In this document: positions 42,401 to 59,449 of the stretch, piece after piece
Numbering within the stretch: the first letter of the stretch is position 1
Layout of the letters: the number at the start of each line of letters is the position of its first letter
NCBI GenBank assembly: GCA_964016885.1
Contig: OZ024740.1
Span: 258,230,001 to 258,294,000, forward strand
Length of the DNA: 64,000 nt
Direction of reading: 5' to 3'
DNA from: Eledone cirrhosa
Taxonomy: Eukaryota
Notes under the pieces: model-generated
The model's database searches: none
Told to the model about the DNA's origin: nothing
Seen by the model: only the letters and a program-made list of their open reading frames with translations
Position numbers and translations under genes: made by a program

Positions 42401-44715
42401 CGTATGTTACTCGATCCCGGGAAAATGGGTGCGGCTTTTCAGCAGCACTTTGTTCAGCTGTTCGGGGGCAGCGGTGGACCGGATCGTGGGATGGTCTTTA
42501 GTGCCACCTCAACGGTCTGCCGCGGTTCTCGGCCAATGCGATGTCGTGTTGCGAAAAGCCAATAGCAGCGTCTCAAATAAGGAATAACTGGCAATAATTG
42601 GCTGCGTGATGGGTAAATCGCTTGACCTGGATTGTCTGTCCTACGAGCTTTACGTACACATGCCAGACTTGTTCGGCGACCTCTTGGCGGACATCTACTG
42701 CAACTGACAGCAGAAAGGGATAATTCGCAACTCTGTTTGTCAAGGAGTGGTGGCACTGCTGAGAAAGGATCCGAACAGGTGGACAACATAGATAATTTGA
42801 GGCCCATAACTGCTAAATGCAGAGTTCAAGATTTTGGCCAATGTGCTCGCAACGATTTTGGCGCAAGTTTTCGGGAGTCTGGTAAGGGAGACACAGCCAT
42901 GTGCCATTCCCAAGTGATCCATCAATGACAACCTCCATCTCATGCGATACACCATAGAGAAGGTGACTAACGATCCTGGCAAGGGTTGGGCACTCATAAA
43001 CTTGGATCAATCCAAAGCGTTCGATAAGGTCGACCACTGGTACCTAGTGGCAGTCCACAGAGCAGCAGACTTTGGACCGGCTTTAAAAGCATGGATAGCT
43101 GCAATGCACTGTGACATCTGAACCGTTCAGCATAATGCGTTCGAACCGCCTAGACTGTCCCCTCTCATCCCTGTTGTATGTATTGACTCCCGAACCACTA
43201 CTACACAAATTAGAGACATTGAAGGGCATCCAACGCGAAATAGGAAGTGGAAGAACTCTGTCGATTTACTCCGACGACTTCACAGTCGTATTGTCAAAGA
43301 CCAAACACATTGAGGTGAATACGAAGTGTTGACGGGAGTGAAAAACCAACCAGGAAAAATCCGTAGGCCTGCAACTTGGCACACGGAGGGGCAGGTTCAT
43401 GCCGTCCAAAAGTGTAATCGGGCGCTGGACGAATGGGCTGATTAAATTGCTCGGGGATGGTTTGGTACTGTCCTCCAGATGGACAGAAATTATGATGAGG
43501 TGACTAACAGAGTGGCCCAGAAATAGGCCGAGAGAAAGCTGTCCCCTGAATGGTAGGCCAGAAGTGGCGAAGTTCCGATGATTAGGCGGTCCATCTGCTG
43601 TCAACAGCCCCTGCATGGAGGACTGGGAATACAATAGCTAATGATGTGCAGACATGTGCTGATACTACGACATCTCCACCTTTTCCTCTACGGTGAACAG
43701 GTGTGGTCGCCGTTCACCAGATGCATCTATCCCCAGCTTGTATCCTTAACGGAGCTACAGTTTTTTAGTCAAGAGGAGACCGAGGGTGAGCGCTTGGAAA
43801 GTGGAATGTCTTCAGGCTCTTATAGTGTTTCAACAATCGGGCAATAGGATCGGCGGTAACTCCACCTTGGCATTCTATGTATGGTTAGTGGAGGGCAAGT
43901 ACGACGACGCCCTTGGAGAAAATCTGGATGTCGACGAAGGCTAACTGGCTATTCTCTTCGGGGGGACATTCGTTCCAGAAATCCCTGGCCTGACAATGTT
44001 ACCGGGGAGCGTTGCCAGTTCGAAATAAATTTTATAGGTATGGAAGTGCCGTCAGCCGGGCCTGTCCGAGATGCACGTCGGGCGAAGAGACCATCCTGAA
44101 CGCACTCGTCCAGTGTCCGAGCACCGCTGACTTTTTCGAACATCTGCTGCTGCGTGTAGGACGGATCCGGCTATCAGCTTAGTCCATCGTAAAGATTGCT
44201 CCACCGCCCTCCTTTAACCAGGAGGGGCTGGCAGTTTTTATCTGTCTGTTGGTCAGGTAAAAGAAGTCAGAAGATAGACGCGTCAGAAAGGGTTGAAGAC
44301 GGCGACTTTCCTCTTCAGTTTTTTCAGGTTTCACCCGAAAAGGAAAATCAGTGTGGAGAGGGTAGTGCTGCATTCCAGCCAGTTTGTTGAAAGGTGGGTA
44401 AGAGAGGTAAGAATAGCCTGTGTAAATGGGCCTGCCCTGAGAGTGTGCTTGTAGTATTGTAGGAGGAAAATCTGGAAGAGGGCACTTACCCTAGCGATTA
44501 GGGTGACTATGACTTTTCTGAGCTTCCTCCACGAGCTTTCTTCCCCTGTTAGGAAATTGTTTCATTCTTTTGTTACACACTTTCATTTTGTTGTATATAT
44601 ATGAATATATACTTTTTTTTACACGCCGAAATGCCCATTTGTTACGTCCTGTACCATCTTGTGCTGTCCTTAATGTTATGATTTGTGTCAACCTTTGTGG
44701 TTAATAAAGAAGGCA
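39450..44715 (+). mobile_element. Near full-length decayed Tx1/L1-clade LINE (ORF1, APE at 41303, RT, zf-RVT, 3' UTR)
   Basis: MTVLKIGSVNARGLG...AINETR, NLRPIT, LDQSKAFDKVDH, CPLSSLLY, YSDD, tail ccttgtggttaataaagaa-like. Confidence 0.88.
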
Positions 44716-44872
44716 TTATCGGTTATGTAGGAAGAAAGTGAAACGAATTAATTGCAGCTTTACGCTTGTCATCGACACAGCGATGGCAATCGTATAAAGT
44801 TAGATTTATCTACGAAGGTTCCTGCGCGCACGTGTATATGATTTAAACTATATATATATATAGAGAGAGAGA

Positions 44873-44925
44873 GAGATTCCTGATGATTTCTAAATAGTGA
44901 AACAGTTCTAGTCCTGTAGAATCTC
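44873..44925 (+). ncRNA. Type I hammerhead ribozyme, canonical core
   Basis: GAGATTC-CTGATGA-tttctaaatagt-GAA-ACAG ttctagtc CTGT-A-GAATCTC; 7-bp stem I, GUA site, weak stem II. Confidence 0.75.
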
Positions 44926-45020
44926 ATCTATATTAAAACTTTTATACTCTGTTATGTATTGAGTACCTTACTTACTGTGGTTACCTCCGATTCAACCCGG
45001 AATAACGTATATATATATAT

Positions 45021-45097
<77 letters not shown>

Positions 45098-45204
45098 GGT
45101 GGGGACAATATAAAGAAAGAATGATGTATGATCAAATAAATAAGGGTTTTTGGTATTACATTCACGCACACTCCCTCGTATGTATGTATGTATATATGTA
45201 TGTC

Positions 45205-45640
45205 GGGTCACTCTTGAGTGCTACTGGTAACATGTAACCCAGTACAACCTGTCGCATGGTCAGGTCGTGGGCGACTAAACCGGCAACCCCACCAAGTTTA
45301 CTTGATAAGGAGGGTGATTTTGGACACCCTGCAGGACAAAAAACAAAACCTGACAAAGGGCGGAAGAACTCATAAGAGTCAATGGCCATCCAAAAGTGTG
45401 TAAATATGTATATACACATGTACATATGTATGTATATGTATATATGTATATGCATGTGTGCATGTGTATGTATATGCGCGGGGACATAGAAATAGCCGGG
45501 TTGGACACCCGATCGCGCAGTTAAACCACTGGGAGTGAAGGACCCCCTAGCCTTTGTCAGAGCATTCTTCTAGGAGAAGGCAACTCAGGAAACTGGGATA
45601 ACTCCGATATAAAACCTGCGGCTCAGTAGTTACCGATGAT
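45205..45640 (+). mobile_element. Probable RTE-related SINE or RTE 5'-region fragments
   Basis: ctaggagaaggcaactc...aaacctgc motif resembling RTE 5' regions; gatgatg end. Confidence 0.35.
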
Positions 45641-45816
45641 GTTCATCTTTTCTTCTTTTTGGGTTATAGCTACTGTCGCTCAGAGAGTGGGATTGGCTCA
45701 GTGCACAGTTTTTCCTCACTTTAAAAAATATCTTCACGCACAGGCATTGCACGATATAATTATTAATAATGGTATATCGTGCAATGGCCATACTCGATAA
45801 CGAGGGGGATGTCATC

Positions 45817-45849
<33 letters not shown>

Positions 45850-46177
45850 TGTATGTATGTATGTATATATAAATCAAATTATAAATGCGAGGAAATAATA
45901 TACAAAAGTATATCTATTTTTTTCGACTGCAGTTTGGCCTACTGTTTGCCAGCAAACATGCACCAGAAAAATGCACCCTCATTTTGATTATATATGCTTA
46001 TCAAGAGACCCCTTAATTTAGTGGATTATATCTTGATCAGACCGTTACAAGTTAATAATGTTGGAACGCATGTATCTATGTATATGTACAATTTAAATCG
46101 AATTTAGCACGCTAAAATAGTTTGTTATTTTCACGCGTAAGATAGGTAGATTGACAGAAAGATATATAGATATATAT

Positions 46178-46697
46178 AATAATAAAACAAGCGAACAAAA
46201 ACCAAAAAAAACTATGAATTAAATAGAATAGCAGGAAGAACTATAATCACATGCAGTTTATCACATTGAAGAATATGGTACACGGTTGTTAAGTACAACG
46301 CACGCTGAGTCAATAATAAACACTACCTTACACTCAGATAAGGGGTGGCACTGCGTGAGCGACATTGCTCTCCCTAACCAGCGCGCAGCTTCTTTCCTCG
46401 GACCAAGCACAACAGTCAAATTGTGAAACACAGTTCAATGATGCTGTATTTGACCGTTGTGCTCATGCGCTCAGGTCCGAGGAAAGAAGCTGCGCGCTGG
46501 TTAGGGAGAGCAATGTCGCTCACGCAGTGCCACCCCTTGTCTGAGTGTAAGGTAGTGTTTATTATTGACTCAGCGTGCGTTGTACTTAACAACCGTGTAC
46601 CATATTCTTCAATGTGATAAACTGCATGTGATTATAGTTCTTCCTGCTATTCTATTTAATTCATAGTTTTTTGGTTTTTGTTCGGTTGTTTTATTAT
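46178..46697. repeat. Long foldback inverted repeat (~225-bp near-identical arms)
   Basis: 46178-46404 is the reverse complement of 46474-46697 with few mismatches. Confidence 0.95.
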
Positions 46698-46719
46698 TTA
46701 GAAAATATAAATAATTTGG

Positions 46720-48792
46720 CCATGACCTCCTTGCATCCCATATAAATAAGTTCTGTGACAGTAAGTGAACTTCAACAGCTTACGTTTTCACAGTTGTCTC
46801 TCCATGAGAATGTTACAGTTAAGAAAAGAGGTACCTGATATTCAAATATCTCAACCAGGAAAAAGCAACAACAATAGGTACATGTGTAGCTTTAATTGTG
46901 AATGGTACACACGGACAAGTTGTCTCTACGACGGTGAAATGCAAAATGCATTGTTTTACTACCCATGTTCGCTGCTTGGAGATGTTGTAACGTGGACAAA
47001 AGATTGTTTTATAAATATAAACAAAATGAAAGAATAAACTGAAAAATATGAGAACTCAAAGAGACATATTGAAAATGTAGTTTCACTGTCACTTTAGGAA
47101 AAGACATGATGAAAAATATGATTCAGTAAACCCATAGGTATTACGAGGATTAATACATTTTGCATCTAAATTAGACCCAGATTTGAAGAAACACTTAGAC
47201 AACAAAGGTGTTTCGAAGACCATTCAGATTGAATTACATGTTTACCTGCTAAATATATACCATTCGGGATAAGGACAGAAATTAGAGAAGCTTCGTTTGT
47301 AGCCGTCATGGCTGATGATACAACAGATGTTTTGAAACTCATTCAAATGGTCATTGTTCTACCATACGTGTTGAATGAAGAAATATTTGAGCGTTTTGGG
47401 GGATTCTTTATTGAAGAAAATCAGATGGCATATCAAAACGTATTCCAGAATAATTAGACATAATCCTTCACGGAAAAGGAGTAAAACTGATAGCTCAGAC
47501 ATTTGATGGTGCAAGTGTCGCGAAAGGCAAAAATCGGGAGTTCAAGCAAATGTAAAAGCAGTTTACAGTAATGCATATTTCATTGACTGTCATATGCATC
47601 AGCTTAATTTAATAATGAGAAGTGCAGCAAGTATTACACGGAACGAAAGAATAATTTTCTCTAACATGTTGGCTATTCCAACATTTTTCTCAAGATCACC
47701 ACAACGTGTATCCATTCTCAAGAAGCACATGGACGCCAGCATTCCACGTCCATCCTCTAAAAGGTGGAACTTTACCATACGGACAGATTTCAGGAAGATG
47801 TACAACATATAAAAAGCTGCCTTACTGAAATTCAGTCAACATCAAATGCAGATCAAACAATTGCAGAAGCAACAGGAATTCAAAAATACCTAAATGATGA
47901 TAATTTCATATTTTGGTTTGAGCTTTTTCATCAGAGTATGCCTCATGTTGAAGTAATTTACCACTAAATGTAATCTCGAGAAATTAGTGTTTAAAGTCAG
48001 TGAATATATAACAGATTTCAAAACTGATATTTTAGAAATAAGAAACTCGAAGAACTGTGAGAATCTTTCAAAGACACTCATGGCAGAAGCAAAGGAAGTG
48101 AGTGACTGCATATATGTTGATATAATGGACATATATTCTTCAACTAAATACATAGTAGCTGCTAAATTGTTCAACAAGAAAAGCTTCACTAGTTTTAAGA
48201 AGAACTGCCTACAGAAGAGATACTACTGACCACTGAAGCATATCCGATGATTGACAAATAAAAGCTTGAAACTGAACTAAAACTATTCTATTGTAGAATA
48301 TTGCAAATTATTTGAGCTGCTGAAATTTATCTTGGAAAATAATCTAGATGGTGCTGTTAGTGAAATTAAGAAACTGATAAATTCCTCTTGACAATTCTCA
48401 TAACTAGATCAAAACCAGAACGCTGCTTTTCCACACTAAAAAGAATAAAACTTTTCTAAGGAGCACTATGAATCTTGAAAGACTAAATGCACTTGCAGTT
48501 GTTTCAATTGAGAACATTTTTCTCAACAGTCATCCAGGGATCAAGGAAAAAATTATTAACCTTTTCGTTCAAAGGAAAACAAAAAGAATGGATTTTATTT
48601 TCAAATTAATGGACCAAGCTTGAACTGTAACAATTTATTAGTAAGTAAAAAATATTTTTTTCGTTTAGGAGTTTAACATATTTATGTATAAAATTTCATT
48701 TTATGTGTTTGTTTCGTTTTGCGCAATATTAAAACAATTGCTAAGAATTCGTGAAGCAGCACCCCAACTAATTTTAGTCACGAGCCGCCACG
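46720..48792 (+). mobile_element. hAT (ZMYM1-like) transposase pseudogene with right TIR
   Basis: FVAVMADDTTDV, QTFDGASV, HQLNL, ERCFSTLKRIK, RMDFIFK*; terminus cacgagccgccac. Confidence 0.88.
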
Positions 48793-49510
48793 ATATAGGT
48801 GTGTATTACTGAGTGTATGTCTTTAAATATATGAATATATGTTTCTTTCTATATGGAATACTTTTGTTTGTGTATATGAAAGTATATGTGGTAATATAGT
48901 GATAATTATTCCTTTGTGCGTGTGCGCGTCACAGTATGTGTATATGTGAGAGTATTTATGCGTAAATGAGTGTATGTCGGTCTGTAGATGTGTATATACA
49001 GGGTAGTATAATTCAGCGTGTGCGTATGTCTGTGAGTGAATATATTTCAGTGAATATATGGGTGAATAAATATGAACGCTGGTCTGAATGTGTTTGTGAT
49101 TGTGTGTATACGTGAACATCACGAATTATATTTCAGTTAATATATGAGTGAATATATATGAATACTGGTCTGTATGTGTGTATGCTTGTGTGTGGATCTG
49201 TGAGTGTGTGTGGGTATACAGGTGGATACAGGTAAGTTTGTGCTTGTGATCGCATTTGTGGTACGAGAAGTGAATTTATTTGTATGTGTGTCTGGATATA
49301 TGTACACGCGTTAACTGTGGATCTGAGAGTGGGTATGCGTGTATATATAAGTGAATGTATTTGAATGTGTGCTTGTGTGTGAGTGTATGTGTATGTCTCA
49401 ACAAAACTAGATATATTTCAGAGCGTGTGTCTGTGATTCGATTTGAATTGGTTTATGTGTGTCTGTATGTGTGAATCAATGAGTGCGTGTATGTGTATAT
49501 AAATATATAT

Positions 49511-49715
49511 ATAGGAAAAGGTTCAGGACCCCGACGGCAGAGCTCAAGCCGTTTCGACAGGTATTTCTGGACTCCAGAAATAGCCGTCGAAACGGCCTGA
49601 GCACTGCCGTCGGGGCCCTGAACCTTTTTCCTATTACCCACTCTACTACCCAAAGTATCGAGTACTCTGGTGTGTTATGGTCCACCTGGTTCCTTACCAC
49701 ACTTTCTTCGTTAAA
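49511..49715. mobile_element. Family Y PLE-like repeat with ~60-bp inverted duplication and hammerhead 3' half
   Basis: Hairpin 49511-49634; GAA ACGGC...GCCGT C. Confidence 0.55.
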
Positions 49716-49796
49716 TATATATATATATATACAAATATAATTTGAGGAAGATCGTATTTCGGCTGTGGTCAAAAACAAAGCGAAACGCAATTTTCG

Positions 49797-49834
<38 letters not shown>

Positions 49835-49976
49835 TGTTTTTGCAAGCACGTGTGTAGATGTGTGTGTGTGCATGCGTGCGTGACAGTGTGTGAAAATGTG
49901 AGTTTGTTAGTGTATGTGTATACATATAGAAGAATATATTTGTATGTGTGTATTAATGTGGGCCGAATTAGGGTTA

Positions 49977-51500
<1,524 letters not shown>

Positions 51501-51855
51501 TATGTGTGTGTATGTAAGGAAAGGCGGATAGATTCGTTTATATAAGTATAAAAGATGATGCTTCAGGTTTGTAACTCCGAGTTTCATGTTTCAGACATTC
51601 CACATAATTAGAAGAATGTTATATAAAATCGTTTCTATGAATATTCCATATGAAGAAAACATGATGAAACATTTGATTGGTAAAAAAAACAAAAACAATA
51701 CATAACTAAAGACACATCTTAAACACTCAAATACTTGTATAATATATTTTATCATAAAAACGGTTATATATTATAAGCGTAAAAGAAGATTAAAAAAATA
51801 TATATAAAAATGTATGTCTATTGATATATATGGCTGCTAGTTTATCATCATCCCC

Positions 51856-51889
<34 letters not shown>

Positions 51890-51988
51890 ATATATAGGTA
51901 TGTGTATATATATATATGTATGTGTATATATATATTTATACACATACATACACACACATATATATATATATGTGTGTGTAGAGAGAGA

Positions 51989-52238
51989 GAGGCCCGTGGC
52001 CTAGTGGTATGGGTGTTGGACTTACGATTATAATGTCGTGGGTTTGATTCCTGAGTTACGTGTTGTATTCTTGAGCAAAACACTTCATTTCACGTTGTTC
52101 CAGTATACTCAGCTGAAAATGAGTACCAGCAATAGCTGCGGTTTTAACCCTGCGATGGACTGGCGTCGCTTGACACCATAAAACCGGGATAAGCACCGGC
52201 CAAATGAGCCTTATGGCTTAAGACAGACTTTAGCCTTT
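51989..52238 (+). mobile_element. Full-length CORE-type tRNA SINE
   Basis: ggcccgtggcctagtggt A box, gggtttgattcc B box, CORE-like segment, aaccctgcgatggactggcgtc tail. Confidence 0.8.
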
Positions 52239-52406
52239 ATATATATATATATATATAATTTATTGCTGTGTTCAACAGTTTGAACTATCGATTCCAGAGT
52301 CGTGAACGATCGATAGCGATTGTACCTTGAGTTGATCGATCCCGAAACGCGCTTCACTGACGATATTTTCACACCTCATTCCTACTCCTTTTATATTATT
52401 ATTATT

Positions 52407-52803
52407 TTGGCAGTATAGGCAGCGACTTACGGCCCTTTACGATCTGAGTTCAAATGCTGCTGAGGTTAGCTTTGCCTTTCATCCTTATAGAGTCGATAAA
52501 ATAAAATACCAGTAATGCACTAGGGAAGATTTAGTCGAATTTCCTCTCTCCCAATTTTGTTAACTTTGTGCCTAAATCAGAAACCTAGGGCGGTAGAGCG
52601 TCGGACAATATAGTTTGCGGTATAGAGTCGTGGCCCTTTACGTTCTGAGTTCAAATCCCACCGTCGTTCGCTTTGTATTTCATCCTTACAGGGTCGATAA
52701 AATAAAACACCAGAATGCACCAGCGTTGATTTAATCGACTTTCCTCTCCCCTCAAATTATTGGTCTTGTGCCTAAATCAGAAGCCAGCATTATTATTATT
52801 ATT
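52407..52803 (+). mobile_element. Two tandem Meta SINEs
   Basis: Two Meta domains, ATT tail. Confidence 0.88.
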
Positions 52804-52804
52804 A

Positions 52805-53737
52805 TACTGGAATGTCTTCAGGTGCTCACAGTCGAGACCAGTCGGACAATATGATCGTTGGCGTTCTATAGAGGATTAGTGGGTGGGAAGAGCGACGACG
52901 TACTTGGGGAAACTCTAGGCGTCGATGAAAATCAACTAGCCAATCTCTTCGGAAGAACTTTCGGGCCGGGGCCTATGGACAACATCCAGAAATCCCTGGC
53001 ATGGCAGTGCTACCGAGGAGCTTTGCCAGTTCGGGATAAACACTACAGACATGGAAGTGCCGTCAGCCGGGCATGTGCGAGATGCCCGCAGGGCGACGAA
53101 ACCGTCCTGCATGCACTCGTCCAGTGTCCGAGCATCGCTGACTTGTGTGTTTATGTCGAACACCTGCTGTCGCATGTAGGACAGATCCGGCAATCAGCTG
53201 AATCCATCGTGAAAATTTCCCCGCCCTCTTCCTTTAGCTGGGAAGGGCAGGCAGTTTTTATCTGTCTGGTGGCCATGGCGAAAGAGATAGTATGGTGGAC
53301 ACGTTTGAAAGGGCTGAAGACGAGCACTTACCTCTTCGGTGATGCCCTGATTAACTTTTTCAAATTTCATTTAAAAAGGAAAATCAGGGTAGAAAGGGAA
53401 GTGCTCTCTTCCCAGCATTTTGTTGAAAGATGGGTGAGAGAGGCAAGAATGGCCCGAGTGAATGGGCCTACCTTGAGTATGTGCCTGTAAATTAAAAGTG
53501 GATAACTGGGAGAGGGCACTTGCCCTGGTGGTCAGGGTCACTGTGGCTTTTTAATGGGCTTTCTCCACGAATGTCCCTCGGAAGTCTCCCCCCTATTGGG
53601 GAATTTGTTCATTGTTCTATTATTACATCCTCTGTTTCTTGTTTTTTACACGCAGAAATGCCCATTTGTACCGCCCTGTATTGTCCTGTACTGTCCTTAA
53701 TGTCTACTTTATGTAGACCCTTGTGGTTAATAAAGAA

Positions 53738-53772
<35 letters not shown>
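52805..53772 (+). mobile_element. Tx1-like LINE 3' end with (ATT)n tail
   Basis: 210-aa zf-RVT ORF 52858-53490, 3' UTR. Confidence 0.92.
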
Positions 53773-53774
<2 letters not shown>

Positions 53775-54569
53775 GATATGCATGTATGTATATATATTTA
53801 GGGTAGTAGATTGGGTAATAGGGAAATGATTCAGGACCCCGTCGGCTGAGCTCCGGCCATTTCGACAGCTATATATATATATATATAAATCGACATATAT
53901 ACTTACATACACACATATATATGCATATTTATATAATGTAATATATATATTCACACCGAATACTGATATATATGCGCGCGTGCGTGTATGTGTGTGGCCT
54001 GAAAATTGTTATTCGTTTTGTTAATCTTATATTATTTCATAGCTCTGATCACTTCAAGCCAACTAATAATAATTATTGTGGAATTGTCAATGTAGTTTTA
54101 CATTTCAGCATTAATTGAATCTTGTAATGTCTACGTCCGGTCATTTCCCAGTCCAGCCTGGAATCCTAGTAGCATATTTAATCTAACACTTTATAACTGC
54201 ATGATACCAATTTAGTAAAACATTCTGGAAAAGTACAAAAGAGGGGCATTACTGCAAATATCCACGACACTCTATTAATAACGATAATATAAATATTTGA
54301 CTTAACACACCACATGAAACTAGATTGAAAATTACAATACAGCACTAATGAATGTATCATTAAAAATTAAATGTTTTACTTAAATACTGCAAATGTGCGC
54401 AATATAAGCATAGGAAAGACACTATAAACATTTCATTTAAAATAACTGTTATAGCTATTTTCTGGTGGATTGTTTCAGGTTGTTACGACTTAATGGCGTT
54501 TAATTTTGAAAAAAAAAGAATAAATATATATTTAAGTACTGATAGTGTAGTGAAGTATATTAAAATAAT

Positions 54570-54747
54570 TGTTTCTACTTTAGGCACAAGGCCAGCAATT
54601 ACCCAGTGCATTACTGGTACTTTATTTTATCGACCCCGTAAGGATGAAAGGCAAAGTCAACCTCGGCGGGATTTGAACTCAGATCGTAAAGGGACATAAC
54701 TATGCTGGAAAGCATGGCGTCCGACCCTCTACCGATACTGCCAATCC
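54570..54747 (-). mobile_element. Young Meta SINE with 13-bp TSD atattaaaataat
   Basis: Nearly identical to 19299-19485. Confidence 0.92.
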
Positions 54748-55387
54748 ATATTAAAATAATGACCGCCGTCTCTGCGTCTCTCTCTCGCTCTCTCTCTTTC
54801 TCTCCCTCTCTCTCCCATTTTATCTATCTATCTGTCTCTCTTCCTCTCTATTCCCCCACTCCCATATATATATATATATATATCTATATATATATATATA
54901 TATGTATGGTAGCGTAACTCATGGTGGAATCGTAGGGGCGCCGTATTGACACACGGCGTTCCCTGATTATGTTAAGCCTGGCGGAGCCCATCCCTCTCTC
55001 TATGGATATTCTTTATTTAAAAGGGAGTATACTATAAATGTTCCCATACAATACAGATTCAGGATTGTAAATATTAAATGTATATTTTTATGAAGTATTA
55101 TATATTTTAACAAAATATGAGTGTGTATGTAAACACATTTATATCTATATATACACATATATACATTGTAGATATATATATGTATATTTTTATTCAAAGC
55201 ATGCGGTCCGCCGCCTTACCGATACTACCACCCCAGCCAGCGTATATTTCATAAATTTGTAGAATAGACAATCATTTTTTTTCCGAAGCATACATACTCG
55301 ATTGCAAACGCCGACTACCGTAAACACTACAACTGAGAGCGTGTGTGGGAGTGTTTATTCTACATATAGGCGAACATATATATACAT

Positions 55388-55435
<48 letters not shown>

Positions 55436-55468
55436 GCACGCACGCACACGCACACACACACACACACA

Positions 55469-55522
<54 letters not shown>

Positions 55523-55545
55523 CTGTATATAAATATATATCTATA

Positions 55546-55591
<46 letters not shown>

Positions 55592-55592
55592 C

Positions 55593-55624
<32 letters not shown>

Positions 55625-55699
55625 AATATATATATATACACATATACATATATTTATATATTTATCTACACACACAGACACATACACACACATACACAT

Positions 55700-55950
55700 A
55701 TATATATATATATGTACAAATACATATATATATATATATACATACATATATATATATTCAAATATATATATATATATACAAATACATATATATAAATACA
55801 TATATATATATTCAAATATATATATATATATGTACAAATACATATATATAAATACATATATATATATTCAAATATATATATATATATACAAATACATATA
55901 TATAAATACATATATATATATTCAAATATATATATATGTATATATTTCAA
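55700..55950. repeat. ~50-bp minisatellite built from TA/CA repeats
   Basis: tacaaatacatatatataaatacatatatatatattcaaata repeated about four times. Confidence 0.8.
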
Positions 55951-55974
55951 ATATATAAATATATATATATAGTA

Positions 55975-57912
<1,938 letters not shown>

Positions 57913-58064
57913 TAATAAATCCCTCTCTGTGTCTTCTTATTCTTTCATTGTACAAAGCTATATATAAATATATATACATATATATATTTATTAAAATAAT
58001 AGATTAGTCTTCAAATTTATTATTATTACTATATATACATATATATACATATATATATAATTAC

Positions 58065-58168
<104 letters not shown>

Positions 58169-58196
58169 GCATATATATATATGCATACATACATAC

Positions 58197-58243
<47 letters not shown>

Positions 58244-58267
58244 TGTATATGTATATATTTATATCAG

Positions 58268-58344
<77 letters not shown>

Positions 58345-58553
58345 CGGTGATGCTGTTTATTTCTTCATGTCGTTCTGTGTAAATCTGTGTTACTAGCTGA
58401 GCAACTGGATTATACTTTATAGATTCGTAATTACGCGTATGCTTACGTGTTTACGTACAATATATGAAGTATGTATGGCTGTGTGTGCTTACACGCACAC
58501 ACACTTATATATTTCTATGTGTGGCTGTGTCTGTGTCAGTATATGCAAATATG

Positions 58554-58630
<77 letters not shown>

Positions 58631-58638
58631 ATATATAT

Positions 58639-58713
<75 letters not shown>

Positions 58714-58800
58714 CATGTATATATGTTCCTGTGTGCGTCTGTGTGGCTTTTAACATAATTTGGAATATAATAAACTCCAGTTAATATTTAACGAAAAATG

Positions 58801-58863
58801 TATATATGTACCACAGCATTTGATTAAAATCGCATAACAGTCTCTCTACCTACAAACACACTC

Positions 58864-58922
<59 letters not shown>

Positions 58923-59018
58923 TATATATATATAGTTATATATATATATATGAGTGTGTTTGTAGGTAGAGATAGAGAGACTGTTATGCGATTTTAATCA
59001 AATGCTGTGGTACATATA
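58801..59018. repeat. Inverted repeat centred on (TA)n
   Basis: ~62-bp arm mirrored across the TA tract, with a 10-bp insertion in the right arm. Confidence 0.92.
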
Positions 59019-59161
59019 TGCTGTGTGCGTGGTGTGTATATAAGTATCTATTGAGAACTTCTAGTGAATCTTTTCATAGATTACATAACAAAATTCACAG
59101 ATATTATCAGTTAATTAATGGAAGTTTTACATTATGTTATATTTTGTTATGTTATGTTAGC

Positions 59162-59196
<35 letters not shown>

Positions 59197-59259
59197 CTTA
59201 TTCATTCATCAATAAAAAAGAAAAAATAGGGTGTGGGCTAATAGGGTACTGGCTTTAAG

Positions 59260-59445
59260 GGTACTTAAGAGGCCTCGTTGGAGGTCCAACCTTCCGTGTT
59301 CTTTTCACAAGGCTTAGACAAACTGAAGGCCCGTTGAAATAAGTGTGTGTATCTGGGAGGGGAATATGATGAAGAAAATCACAATTAACTGATCCTCCTA
59401 TATTTTCCTTTACCCAAAGCCAGGAACTTTTCAGCACACCCTCGT
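59260..59445 (+). mobile_element. Mariner transposase C-terminus and right TIR
   Basis: QPSVFFSQGLDKLKAR*NKCVYLGGEY; aagccaggaacttttcagcacaccctcgt. Confidence 0.8.
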
Positions 59446-59449
59446 CAGG

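Noticed and set aside
52290-52362. gaaacgcg motif resembling a hammerhead 3' half
   Set aside because: No convincing CUGANGA or stem I.
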